Below, piece by piece: positions 31,498 to 43,700 of a DNA stretch of 64,000 nt. The stretch is from the NCBI GenBank assembly GCA_009103225.1, contig RHPI01002503.1, forward strand, positions 1,231,987-1,295,986, read 5' to 3'. The number at the start of each line of letters is the position of its first letter. The stretch's first letter is position 1. The DNA is from Chlorokybus atmophyticus (Eukaryota; Plantae; Mesostigma and Chlorokybus algae). The position numbers were made by a program, and so were the translations under genes. The notes beneath the pieces were generated by a model. The model was not told the DNA's origin and did not search any database. It saw only the letters and a program-made list of their open reading frames with translations.

Positions 31498-33605
31498 TTA
31501 GTTGGGACTGTCCACAACCAGCCCTGGGCAAGTGTAATAGCAGCAGGATTTGACTCCCCATGTGTTGTCGAGGTCCTGCACTGTCTTCTCCTTGGTCGGC
31601 CAGCCAGCATCAAGCTGCGTGTAGCCAAAGCACTTTTGCACTTGGTCACGGGTGCTCACACCCTTGTCGCTGCGCTGGTAGATGCGCACATGCTCTATGC
31701 GGAACTCGGAGTTCTGTGTTCAAAACATGTTTGAAGACAAGCCGTTGCAAGCGGTTGATAACGACAACCAGCACCTTGTATGCAACTTCATTTTGACTGG
31801 CAACCACACATTTTGACTGGCGACCACACATCTATTCGTTCTGAGCAAACATCAGCAAAAGCTGCTAATACCTGCCAGGTGGGACTCGCAGTTGGTCCCC
31901 CAAGGTAGCAACCGCCAACAGCCAGATTCAATATAAGGTAGAAAGGCTGGTCGAATGGCTCACGCCAACGTGTGTAGCGTTTCTGCAGCACACCATGTCA
32001 CCCAAGCCGGGCAACGCAAATGTATGCGTGGGTAGAAACACATGACAGCAATACACACCTGCTGAGTGTAGTTTACACAAGCGCGCTTCTTGATTGAAGG
32101 CGGGTTGAGCACCTGGTTTAGGGACTGGCGATGGTACACTGTGCCGTCAACATACCACACAATCTGGTCCAATCCCCACTGCATCCAGCACAACAAGAAG
32201 CTCAGCTACAAACTCAAGTGAGCTTCAGGCATGCAGTGCACTCGACACTATGTAGAGGACCCTTGCTTTTACAACAGCCAGACTCTACTTACCTCCACAG
32301 CAAAGGTGTGGTAACCATCTGAGAAGTCAGGAACGCGTGAAAATGACGTTGGCCCGCTGGTGTAGTAGTACTGAAAGACAACAGTAACGGTGAAAACCAA
32401 CAAGCAAGCGCAAACAACTTCCATATATCCACTGTCATGACGTACCTGATACGGCCACCTGTCTCCATAAATCAAAGTCGCTTGGACACTCTTGGAAAAC
32501 TGGCCCCTGAAAGATAGGACATCAGCAAGACAAGTCTTGTTGGACGCTTGCATCGCCAAACATTTTTCCAGACATCCCCGATGACAATATGGTAGCTTAC
32601 TTGTACTCCATGATGTCTGCACATGCAGGACAAAGGGTCAGACACACCGTACAGTTTAGTACAGACTGCTAGCAGTCCTACAACCGACATCAACCAGTTC
32701 AGGTACCACACCACAGAATCAACACTACGACAGATGTCTTGGCAACTGGCGCAGGACATTACCTAGCTCGCCGGATGTGCTCCAGCCTCCATACGGTGAT
32801 GGTGGCTGCCAACACTCACAATTGCCATCAGAAACACAACCCAACACGACAAGACAGTGCATGTGTTCCAAGGTGAAGAAACTTCAACAGGTTCGCACCT
32901 TGGGAAGCATCCAGATGGCAGGCCACAGTCCCTTCCCCTTTGGCAGCTTTGCACGGACTTGGACGCGCCCATATGTGATTGACTTGGAGAACTTGGTGTT
33001 GATGCGCGTGGACGTGAAGTGGTGGTACTCATACTCCTCCTTGCGTGCTTTCAACACCAGCTGTCCACCGCCAGACTGCAAGAACAGCACACATGCGTCA
33101 CATCAGCATGCAAGCAGACAGCAAGAAGCACACACAATTCAAGCGCCCAACAATGACTGACAGAGCCGCTACCTGATCAACGAACAGGTTGCTGGCTCTA
33201 CCAGTGTAATACTCCAACTCGCAGTTGTCGGGGTTTGCACCTTCCTGCAGCAGAAAGACATATCAAGCTGTGCACTCAGCTTGGCCATGCGCAAGCTGCC
33301 TTGAACGGCAGAATACATGCAAGCGAAATGTTGCCAAATCAACTACAACTACATCTCTGATTGCAGGCATACATACAGGCGCAGTGCTGAGGATGAAACC
33401 CACAGCTCACGTCAACAAACCACTTGGACGTGTCCAGCCGGTCGCCACGGAACTCATCGCTAAACACCAGTTTCCAAGGACAGCCCGCAGGCGGCACCGG
33501 GCTGGCAGGATCCACCGCCGCCGTCGCCGCCAGCACCACCTGCACCACGACCAGAAGCAGGGCAAGCACCTGCCCCACCACCGGCGACATGCCTACGGCC
33601 GCCAT
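31498..33605 (-). CDS. Secreted GH16 beta-1,3-glucanase (laminarinase-like)
   Basis: Signal peptide, WKLVFSDEF, FTSTRINTK, YGRVQVRAKLPKGKGLWPAIWMLP, catalytic GW..SGEL|DIME, YHTFAVEW...IVWYVDG, PFDQPFYLILNLAVGG and FRIEHVRIYQ. About 9-10 exons, including a 16-nt micro-exon (32601-32616). Confidence 0.9.
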
Positions 33606-34542
33606 CGCCGACACCAACAAGCTGCGTTCTACGACAACCCAAGCTCAAGTACACTCCGTCCTCACGCGTAGCTATCGGCGCGCTGGCGCGCTCTGTCGCC
33701 GCCGCTATGGCGGTCATTATGGTGAGCGTGGTTGACATGATCAAGCTTGTCGCCCGGGACACGGCATGCGGCGAAGCAGCGTGGCGCCAAGTGTCGCACC
33801 ACTGAGCGCATTGGCGCACTCGCACAAGCGCGTAAGATACGAGGCGCACAAGCAGTGCGGCCCCTGGCTCTTCCCGAACCACATACGAAAAAAAGCTGCT
33901 AAAAAGGAACTTCCGTGTGCCGGTAGGCCTACCAGGCCTACTTCACCCACTCGCACTGTGAGTCACACATGTGATTCCTTGTTATTCCATCAACCAGCGC
34001 GTTGACTGCGACGCTTAACCAGGATCCGGCTCTCCCGCTTCCAAGCACAGCCAGGGTGGATCCACCTGCGGGCAGCCACTTCGACTGCAAGCCAAATTAA
34101 GACCGGAGCTTCAGCTCACTGATAGCTTCACCAACGGAGTGATTCTCCTGCATCGACGCACCCTAAGCCCGCTGTCGGTGAACTAAAGCTCCAGCGGGTC
34201 GGACGAGGTGCAGGCGGTTTGGTGCTATTGCAGGCGAAATGACATTAGCGGCGCAGGAGTGACGGCGGATAAAATACATTACAAAAAGCCGTATGAATCC
34301 TTCTATCTCAGTTAACTTGACCGGGGATTGAGGGTTTGGTTGGGGTTGGGAGTTTGCCGGCCGCACACACTGAGCTCCACAGGCTGGCTGGCAGGCAAAA
34401 TTGAGGATAGACATCGGTTGCAGCAGCTAGCCGCTTGACGAAAGTGCAGCGGCGGAAAAGGAGGTGAAGGAGGACGAAGACAAGGGCAAGGAGGGGCAGG
34501 AGGTGAAGGACAGGCGTCGGTGTTGGGAAGGGGCGAGTCAAC

Positions 34543-37418
34543 ATGGCCGCCGCCATGGCAGCTGCTGCCGTCAGCGTTGGTGCAGTGCAGACGGCGACCG
34601 CCGCCGCCGCGTCCTGCGCGGTGCGGCCGGCTCGCCAGCCCGCCCGCGCCGTCTCCGCCTACACCGGCCTGCGCAAGGATGCCCGCCTTGCGGCCCCCGC
34701 GCTCAGCGCCAAGAAGCAGAGCTCCCGCGCCGCCTCCCGCCGCCTCGATGCCCAGGCCACCGCCGCTGTCGAGGCGCCCGCGGAGACCGACCAGGCCGTC
34801 ATGGAGAAGGCCATCAATGCCATTCGCTTTCTGGCCATTGATGCCGTGCAGAAGGCCAACAGGTCAGTTCAAACCCTTGCATTGCGCGGGCAGTAGTCTG
34901 CTCTTGACATGAGATCATGCTACGCCCATCACGCCATGCATTCCTGCTGCTCACGTGTGTTTGACATTGATATCTTCTATGTGCAGTGGTCATCCTGGCT
35001 TGCCCATGGGTTGTGCCCCGATGGGTTACATCCTGTACAACGAGGTGATGAAGTTCAACCCCAAGAACCCCTACTTCAGCAACAGGGACCGCTTCGTGCT
35101 GTCCGCTGGACACGGATGCATGCTCCAGTACGCCCTGCTGCACCTCACCGGCTACGACTCAGTCAAGGTAAGACATCTAGCTGCGATATTTGTTCTTGTC
35201 TGCATGGGCGCAGAGATCATTGCAGCAAGTGGAAATCAATGCACAATGACTTCATTGCGTTGGTCAGCTGTATTGATATTCTCGCTTGCCTCCTGCAAGG
35301 TTTTAACTACAGCCAGTGTTGTATGTGTGTTGTTGATGTTATTTGTATTTGCAGACTGAGGATCTCAAGCAGTTCCGCCAGTGGGGCAGCAAGACCCCTG
35401 GCCATCCTGAGAACTTCGAGACCCCGGGTGTTGAGGTCACCACTGGTAAGCTGCGCGCATGTTGTCTAATTCACTCCGCTTGTGGCGATATCCGTATGCA
35501 ACTCGACATGTGTATCGACATGTGTATTGACCTGACTAGTACATTGCCAGCAATAGCTGCTCCGCGCAGCGACTGTAGGTTGATGATTGCTATGCTCCGT
35601 CTGCCCTGGATTCTTGTGGCTGATTGTGTTTTCGTGCAGGTCCTCTTGGTCAGGGTATCGCCAATGCTGTCGGTCTGGCTGCTGCTGAGAAGCATCTTGC
35701 AGCTCGGTACAACCGCCCCGGCCACAACATCATTGACCACTACACCTACTGCATTCTGGGTGATGGTTGCAACATGGAGGGTGTGTCGAACGAGGCCGCT
35801 TCCCTCGCTGGCCACTGGGGCCTGGGCAAACTCATCTGTCTGTATGATGACAACCATATCTCTATTGATGGTCACACCGACATTGCATTCACAGAGGATG
35901 TGTCTGCGCGCTTCGCGGCTCTGGGCTGGCATGTGCAGCATGTGCCCAATGGCAACAATGACTACGACAGCATCCGCAACGCCATTGAGAAGGCCAAGAA
36001 GGTGACTGACAAGCCTTCTTTCATCAAGGTCACCACCATCATTGGTTACGGCTCGCCCAACAAGGCTGACTCGCACGATGTTCATGGAGCTGCTCTGGGT
36101 GACAAGGAGGTTGCTGCCACTCGCGAGAACCTCGGTTGGCCCTATGCGCCTTTCGAGGTCCCAGAGGACGTGAAGAAGCACTACGGCAAGAAGGTTGACC
36201 AGGGCGCTGCCATTGAGGCCGCATGGAACAAGGCCTACGACGCGTACAAGAAGGAGTTCCCCGAGGAGGCTGCCGAGTACTCACAGCTGCTAAAGGGAGA
36301 TCTGCCCGCCGGTTGGGAGGCAGCTCTGCCCGTCTACACCACTGAGAGCAAGGCTGATGCTACCCGCAACCTGTCACAGACCTGCCTGAACGCCCTCGCC
36401 CCTGTCCTGCCCGGTCTGCTCGGTGGCTCCGCCGATCTTGCCTCCTCCAACATGACTCTCATGAAGATGTACGGCAACTTCCAGAAGGAGACTCCTGCTG
36501 AGCGCAACGTTCGCTTCGGTGTGCGCGAGTTCGGCATGGGTGCCATTGTTAATGGCTTTGCCTTGCACACTCCCGGTCTCATCCCCTACTGCGCCACCTT
36601 CTTCGTGTTCACCGACTACATGCGCGGTGCCATGCGGTTGTCTGCTCTCGCTGAATGCGGTGTGATCTTTGTGATGACCCATGACTCCATCGGCCTCGGT
36701 GAGGACGGCCCCACTCATCAGCCTATTGAGCACCTGGCCTCCTTCCGCGCCATGCCCAACATCCTCACCCTCCGCCCTGCTGACGGCAAGGAGACCGCGG
36801 GCGCCTACAAGATTGCCGTGCAGAATCGCAAGAGGCCGTCCATCCTTGTACTCTCTCGCCAGAAGTTGCAGCACCAGGAAGGCACATCTGTTGACAAGGT
36901 CGCCAAGGGTGGTTACGTTGTCAGCTGCAACTCGCCTGATGGCACCCCAGATGTCCTGTTCATGGGCACTGGATCCGAGCTGGAGATCTGCGAGGCTGCC
37001 GCTCAGCAGATCAGGCAAGATGGTCGCACCGCGCGCGTGGTCTCCATGGTCTGCACAGAGCTCTTTGATGAGCAGCCTCAGGTACCTACCCACAGACTGG
37101 TGCATCTAGTGTTTTGATGTGCTTTAATGTAAGAATGAGATGTATCGTTCTTACACAAGATGATGCCCTATGATGTGGAAATGGCTAACCCAAAGTGCCT
37201 TCCTGCAGTCCTACAAGGACGAGGTGCTGCCTCCCTCAGTGAAGGCGCGCGTCTCACTGGAGGCTGCCTCAACTTTCGGCTGGCACAAGTACGTTGGCGA
37301 TGGTGGCAAGTCGATTGGCGTCGACACCTTTGGTGCTAGCGCTCCGGCCGACCGGATCTACAAGGAGTTCGGCCTCACTGCCGACAATGTGGCTGCCACC
37401 GCCAAGTCACTTCTGTAG
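34543..37418 (+). CDS. TKL: Plastid transketolase
   Basis: Exons 34543-34862, 34987-35167, 35355-35445, 35640-37081 and 37209-37418. Motifs [32 protein letters not shown] (ThDP binding) and [16 protein letters not shown]; N-terminal transit peptide. Confidence 0.98.
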
Positions 37419-39751
37419 AACAGTAGCGTAGCGACTGGTCTTCTTTTTGATTAATATGGTATGAACAACACTATCTTGTTGATATAGCAAGCTCGCCCCA
37501 AGCTCATGGGCTCAGTCTGCATTATGGGAATGTGCAGCAAGTACATGTGTTATGGGGTGTGATCTGTTGGGTGTATAGTTCAGTACACTTGCCTTGCTCA
37601 CAATATGTCACTGCCAGTGACTTGTGGAAATGGTGTGCATGTCTGTGTGCATTTGTCTGCTTGTCAGTGGATACAATGTGAACAGGGATATCCTGCATGC
37701 AAGGTCACATATCTATCTTGCTGACATGCCATCAAACAGTAGCAGACAGCACTCAGTCACCCACAATATAACCACTGGGCCAGCTATCAACTGTTTCATT
37801 GTTTGGGTGCCCTTCGGTGAATGATGGTTGTCTGTGCTCTTACTTCTGCCAGAAATTTCTAACCATTACCAGTCTTGCATGGCTCTGCAGATAGTGTAGC
37901 CCTACTTGGCCTGTGTCAGCGGGCAGGCCCGCTCTCGGCTGATTAAGGTAATTCTCAAACGTTGGTGGAGGAATCCATCATTATGGGAAGGCACAGTGTT
38001 CCAACAGTTCAATGGCTGATATGGCAGCCTGTCTTGCAGAACTGTGCATACCAGTAGAGAGGGAATGTACTACGGGTACACCCAATTTGACATAATATAT
38101 AGAGAGTGTGCGACACCCAGCAAAGGTAATGAACATAGGAGAGATAGGCTTGCGCTTATGCCTCGGTAATGCGCTGGTTGATGTTATAGTCCATCTAGCA
38201 TTAACACCATCAATTTGCAATGATAGGTTGCGTACCCGCCTCCTCCCCACCACGGGCATGCACCTTTGCTGCGCAGGTGGTGCTCAAGTCCCATCCTTGC
38301 CGTGTCCTGCCCTGCACTGCTAGTCTTATCAGTAGCGTGGAGTCAGCTGTAAGTGTCTAGTAGGCTGTGCTCTGGGCCCCCCCAAATCGTTTGCTGCTGT
38401 GTAATGTGATTGGCTTGCTTGGTGTTGTGCTACTGCTGCCTTGCACATCACTTGCATTCTAGCGCTTTATGCAGTGCAGGCAAGGTGTACCACATCATTC
38501 GCGAGGCGGACTTTACAGTCAATCACGAGCAGACCAGTTTCATGCCCCCATCGAGTGGAGGAGACACGCAGGCGCCAAATCGACAAGGTGGCGACTACGT
38601 GGGGTTGCCATTGTCAATTGTGCATACATGTAGCTATTTTGGATTGCGAACTTCGCCTGCGGAACGCGCGAGAGTAGCAGCATGACAGGCGGAGCAAGGC
38701 AAGCGGCGGGAGTACCATGATCACCTACTGAACAATGTATACATTACGTCAGTGGCCGCCACAACAGCCACATCCGCAAGCACAGCACGCACAGCACTCC
38801 CCTCGCACCCGCCACCAGCTCTGCCTCTGCTGTTTGCTGCTGCTGCTGTCTTACTCGCCTCCGCCAAGGCCAGTCCTAACACCTAGCGCCCTGTGGTACC
38901 AGGTCCGCCTGCTCTTTGCCCTGTTGCTGTGACCATCTGCTTGCCCTGCTGCTCCATCCCCACCCCGCCACATGCACTGAGCTAGAACACGTAGTTAGGC
39001 TTGTCCCTGAGCCCGCTTCCGGAGATAAGTGCTTGTGGCTGCACTGCTGTGTGTGCGTGCATGTTGCTTGTTGTTATTTTTATGTTCGGAAAGCCCATAT
39101 ATTTCCTCCCGCTGGCGACAGAGACTCACGGGACTTTGACAAGGACTTAACCTCAAGATATGTGCGACATGTGCAAGGCCATGTACAACCGCTGCCCATG
39201 CGGAGGCTGAGCGGCTTCGCTACGCGAGTTTGATGGTGAGTGGCGTGCAGCTTGCGCAAGCCTGAGCGCCCTATTCACAATGCTCTATGGGGAGTAGCGG
39301 CGATGCCATGGTCAGGATCCTTGCATGGTGCCACGGACTACAAAGGAAGAAGTGGCACTGGCAGCGTAGTGTGAACGCTACATAATAGCAGCTGATGTAG
39401 TGTAGTGCTATGTGTGCAAGAATCCAGTGCGGTGATCACAACATGCAAGTAACCGTATGACTTGACCAAACACCCTAGCATGCAACAACGCTCGTCTCAA
39501 TCATGACCTCCGGGCTAGGCACAAACCTTTCAAGCTACCTACTTCAGTACAATATACCTCTCATGCCGTTACTGCTCCAACCCGATCAGTCATGCATGCT
39601 CTCGCTGCCTTGGTTGCTCATGTTGGTTAGTTGCCCCATTGCCATTGCATTGCACGACACATAGCAGCACTTAGGGTTGCGAGTTGGTGCCCCGGTTGTT
39701 ACATCAACTGCCTCTGCTTGCCTTGCTATGTATCTCTGCCGATGCACCAAA

Positions 39752-39788
<37 letters not shown>

Positions 39789-40076
39789 NNNNNNNNNNNN
39801 NNNNNNNNNNNNNNNNNNNNNNNNNNNNNNNNNNNNNNNNNNNNNNNNNNNNNNNNNNNNNNNNNNNNNNNNNNNNNNNNNNNNNNNNNNNNNNNNNNNN
39901 NNNNNNNNNNNNNNNNNNNNNNNNNNNNNNNNNNNNNNNNNNNNNNNNNNNNNNNNNNNNNNNNNNNNNNNNNNNNNNNNNNNNNNNNNNNNNNNNNNNN
40001 NNNNNNNNNNNNNNNNNNNNNNNNNNNNNNNNNNNNNNNNNNNNNNNNNNNNNNNNNNNNNNNNNNNNNNNNNNNN
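39752..40076. other. Poly-G run (39752-39788) and assembly gap (N, 39789-40076)
   Basis: 37 consecutive G followed by 288 N. Confidence 0.98.
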
Positions 40077-40700
40077 GAGAGGAGGGGACGGGGGCTCCAT
40101 AACACACCACGATCTATACCCTTAGCATGGACCATGATGTGTACGGGGTGCTGGGACATACATGCTGAGCGCATATCCTGCGTGCAGCTGTGATGTACAT
40201 AAATCTCTAGGAGAGAAATCTCAGGAACTAACTGTGGCTAGCCAAACAAAAGTGCACATGTGACTTTAGAGAGTGCAGCTAACCCTCTGCCCAAGGCACA
40301 GAGCAAGAACATACATGCCTGTGGATTTCCACTTCGCATTGTTTGCACATGGCATTCAAATGTTAAGGGCGATCTGCAACAACCAACTTAGCAAAGCTTT
40401 TATTGTGTAGCACTTGGTGCAAGTACAACGTGGATTGGACGCAAAGCTTTTCACGCTGCTAGGTAGCAATGCAACAGCCACGAGATTAATAGTCAAAACT
40501 TGCAGGCTTGCGTCACAGCCTTGCTAGACATACATAAATCTAATCACAACTCGCATCTGGAACCCGACCACCCCACAGCCCAACCACACCCAGTCTATAA
40601 CAACCCCACGCAGGTATGCTCAGACAATGTGACTGTGCAGCACCTGAACACTCCCAGCTGTCTACTAAACACGCGCAACACCCAAAAGGGTAAACACACC

Positions 40701-43700
40701 TCACCCTCCAGGAGGGTGTGAGTTTGATAAGCATTGTGTAAGGGTGGCTTGTTGCTGCTGGGACAGACTGCTCCAAGCGGCCGCCATTGCATCTGGTGGC
40801 AGTGTTTGCTGCAGCTGCCTCAGCAAAGCCACCATTCTTGCAACCACCTTATCAGATGCAAGCTCCGTACCGGCAGCCAGCACCTGTAATGCAACACCCA
40901 GTCAACTCACCTGATCAACTTTGTGTTGTTTGCTGCATCAGAGCTGCACTTACCTCAGCAAAGATAGAAACAATGCGAGGGAGATGCTGCATGGACGGTC
41001 CCAGCAGCTGCGCGTCCTGCTGCTCAACCATTGAGGTCAACTGTTCGTGCACGAGTTGTGCCTCCACCTTGTCGCCCCTTAGTGGCAAGTATGCAAGCCA
41101 CGCTGGTATAACCTGTAAAATGGTTAGATACGATGAGTTGAAGACATGACCAACGCTGCGGGCTTACTATGCATGTCAAAACAACACCACGTAACCACCT
41201 TGCTGACATCAGTTGCATCTCTTTGATACTGGCAAATCTTCCCAACAGCGGATACTGCGTTGTCCGTTGCCATCTCATTGGCACCGCTGCACACAGCGCT
41301 GTCAGATGGCCTGCATCTAACATGACATGACTACAGATAGACACAGATGAAAAGTTTGTGCACCTGCGAGCATCGGGCCGCGAGACAACTGCGTTCAGGC
41401 GCATAAGAATTTCATTGCAGTAAGGCCCGATGTGCTGGCCACTGAACTGGGCGCAGACACCTAGACCATAAACAGAAGCCTGCGCATGATATGATCCACA
41501 TATAAGGTTGGTTGCATTGCGAATGGATGGACTTTAACATGATACGGCGATGATGCTTGCCTGCCGCACGTCCGGATGATCGTCGGTGCTGCCCTCCATC
41601 AATACAGGCATGAATTGCTGCAGGTATTTCAGTGTAGCCTGGTTGTCTGAGCCAAACTCAATGACATCATCCAAGATGCAAATGGCAATCCTCCGCTCAT
41701 TCGGCGTGCAGCTGCATACAGAAGAGTCAGAGGGACAGGTAAATATGCGGCCTGACACTTCGAGCAGAATAGCACACTGTAGCAACCTTGTTTGTAGCAA
41801 AGGTGCAACCATCGGTAGCAGCTCGTCAAAATATGGCAAGAACGAGCTTTTCAATGCCTTTACGAGCGATCCTATGCATTCTCCAACCTGCTCCAACACT
41901 TCATTCTCCAGCTCTGCTTCATCCTGCCAACCAATCACCTCATCAGTCACGCTCCGAGATGTGCATTCATATTCTTGAGCGAGCTTGTCAATACGCCATT
42001 GCTGTATTCTTGCACCTTCAGCATTTCCGCTTCCTCCTCATCAAAACCTTCTGCATGGCGTCGCTTCGCCAAGTCAGCCCTCCGACGCGCACTATCTTCC
42101 AATGTGGCCTGCAGTATACGCCAAAACCGTGTCAAAGCCCACGCGCATCAATGAGCAATCAAAAACAGGTGAACATGCTAGTTGTTCCACTGCAGCTATA
42201 ATAGCACAACTCCCAAGACAGCCCTCATATTTCAGTGTGGCATGGCTGTTACCTGTAGTTGTCGACACATGGCAGCGACCTGTGGCGCATCAATGATGGG
42301 TCCAACAAGCTGAACAACCTCAGCGAGGGCTTCAAGCATGTTGGCGCATATTTCAGTTTCAGGCTCTTTCTCCAATGCTTCAGTAAGTGCGGGGAGAATG
42401 TAATCAGACAGCTGCTTGAGATAAGGCGGTCCTCTGCCACCATCGACACCCTTCTCAATCGCTCGCTTGGAAGACCGCAACAACTCTGGCATGCAAGACA
42501 CGGCTGCCTTGCGCACCTGCAACATTATAAACATCAGCTGGCTGCCAGAGCTGACATGGACAACATGACATAACTTGTATGCTGCCAGTACACTTACTTC
42601 TTCATGAAAGTAGAACTTTAGAAGGGGCACCATAATGGGCGCCACCTGGTCGACAAACGGAAAGAAGCCTTCCTGCAGTTCGTCTGCATAACAGCAAAGC
42701 ATGCTGCAGGCGGTTGCTTTCTCCTCCAGCACGCTGGTGCGGATGCCAATGCGCTTATCACCAATGGTGATGGTCTCAACGGCATCGTCTTCCTCGTCAT
42801 CCTCAACGTCCTCGGCCTCGGTAATAGTCACATCCGGCTTGAGCTGCGCGGACCGTAGCAACGGAGGCATGACAATGCCCATGTAAGGCAAAAACTCCTG
42901 GCCAAGGCATTTACAAAGCCTGGCCCAAGCCTGCAGCATGTAGGATGACGTGGGGTCATCTGGGTCTAGATTGGAGTCCTGCAGCGAAACGAGCACTTCC
43001 ATAACCCGCTTCGCATCATCCCGAAACTTGTCCTTGCCAACAGCCATGCCCACGAGCGATATGCACTCTAGCGACTTGGCTCGCAGCATGCGATGCGCCT
43101 TGTCCGTAGCGTGCACGAGGATGTTGACCAGGAAGGGCATGACAGCATCATAATAGGCGCGAAATTGGGCCTGAGCGCAGTCGGCAACGGACGCAAGCGC
43201 AGTGAGAGCGCCTTCTTGCACGAGCCTCGGCCCGCTGCTGAGCAGACTGAGGAGCCTGTTGATGATGGCGTCGAGGTAAGGCACCACGAGCTCGGCGGGG
43301 CAGTTCTCAGCGAAGTTCACAAGTGCAGCAGCAGCATGCGCTTGCACGCGTGGGGCTCCTGTGTCCTCCATGGCATGAAGCAAAGCGGGCAAGACCTGCA
43401 TTGTCAAAGACACATGCGGGAACTCAGTGTCGTCGCCAGCTTTTCCCCATGCACCATGTACGTGCATGTGTACCAACCTGGGCATGTTGCGATTGCTGCA
43501 GGTCGGGACCCAAGTCTGTACATAGTTGCCCAATGGCGTTGATTGCAGCCCATCGCACACGAGGATGGGGGTCGCTGAACGATGCGAGCACCCAACCGAC
43601 CACAGCCCCCAGCTGCTGCGTCATTATGCGAGAGCAACCTTCCGCGATCTGGGCAAGTGCAAGAAGAGCCGCATGCCTGTGCTGCCATTGCGGGGATCCG

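Noticed and set aside
35471-37105. Long antisense ORFs over transketolase (236 and 243 aa)
   Set aside because: Expected from strong GC3 codon bias of a highly expressed gene.
38470-38560. DIRS reverse-transcriptase remnant (DFTVNHEQTSFMP resembling GF.VN.EKS.L.P)
   Set aside because: Only one short motif; no YxDD, RNase H or tyrosine recombinase nearby.
39586-40193. ORFs spanning the N gap
   Set aside because: Artefacts of translating N and poly-G.
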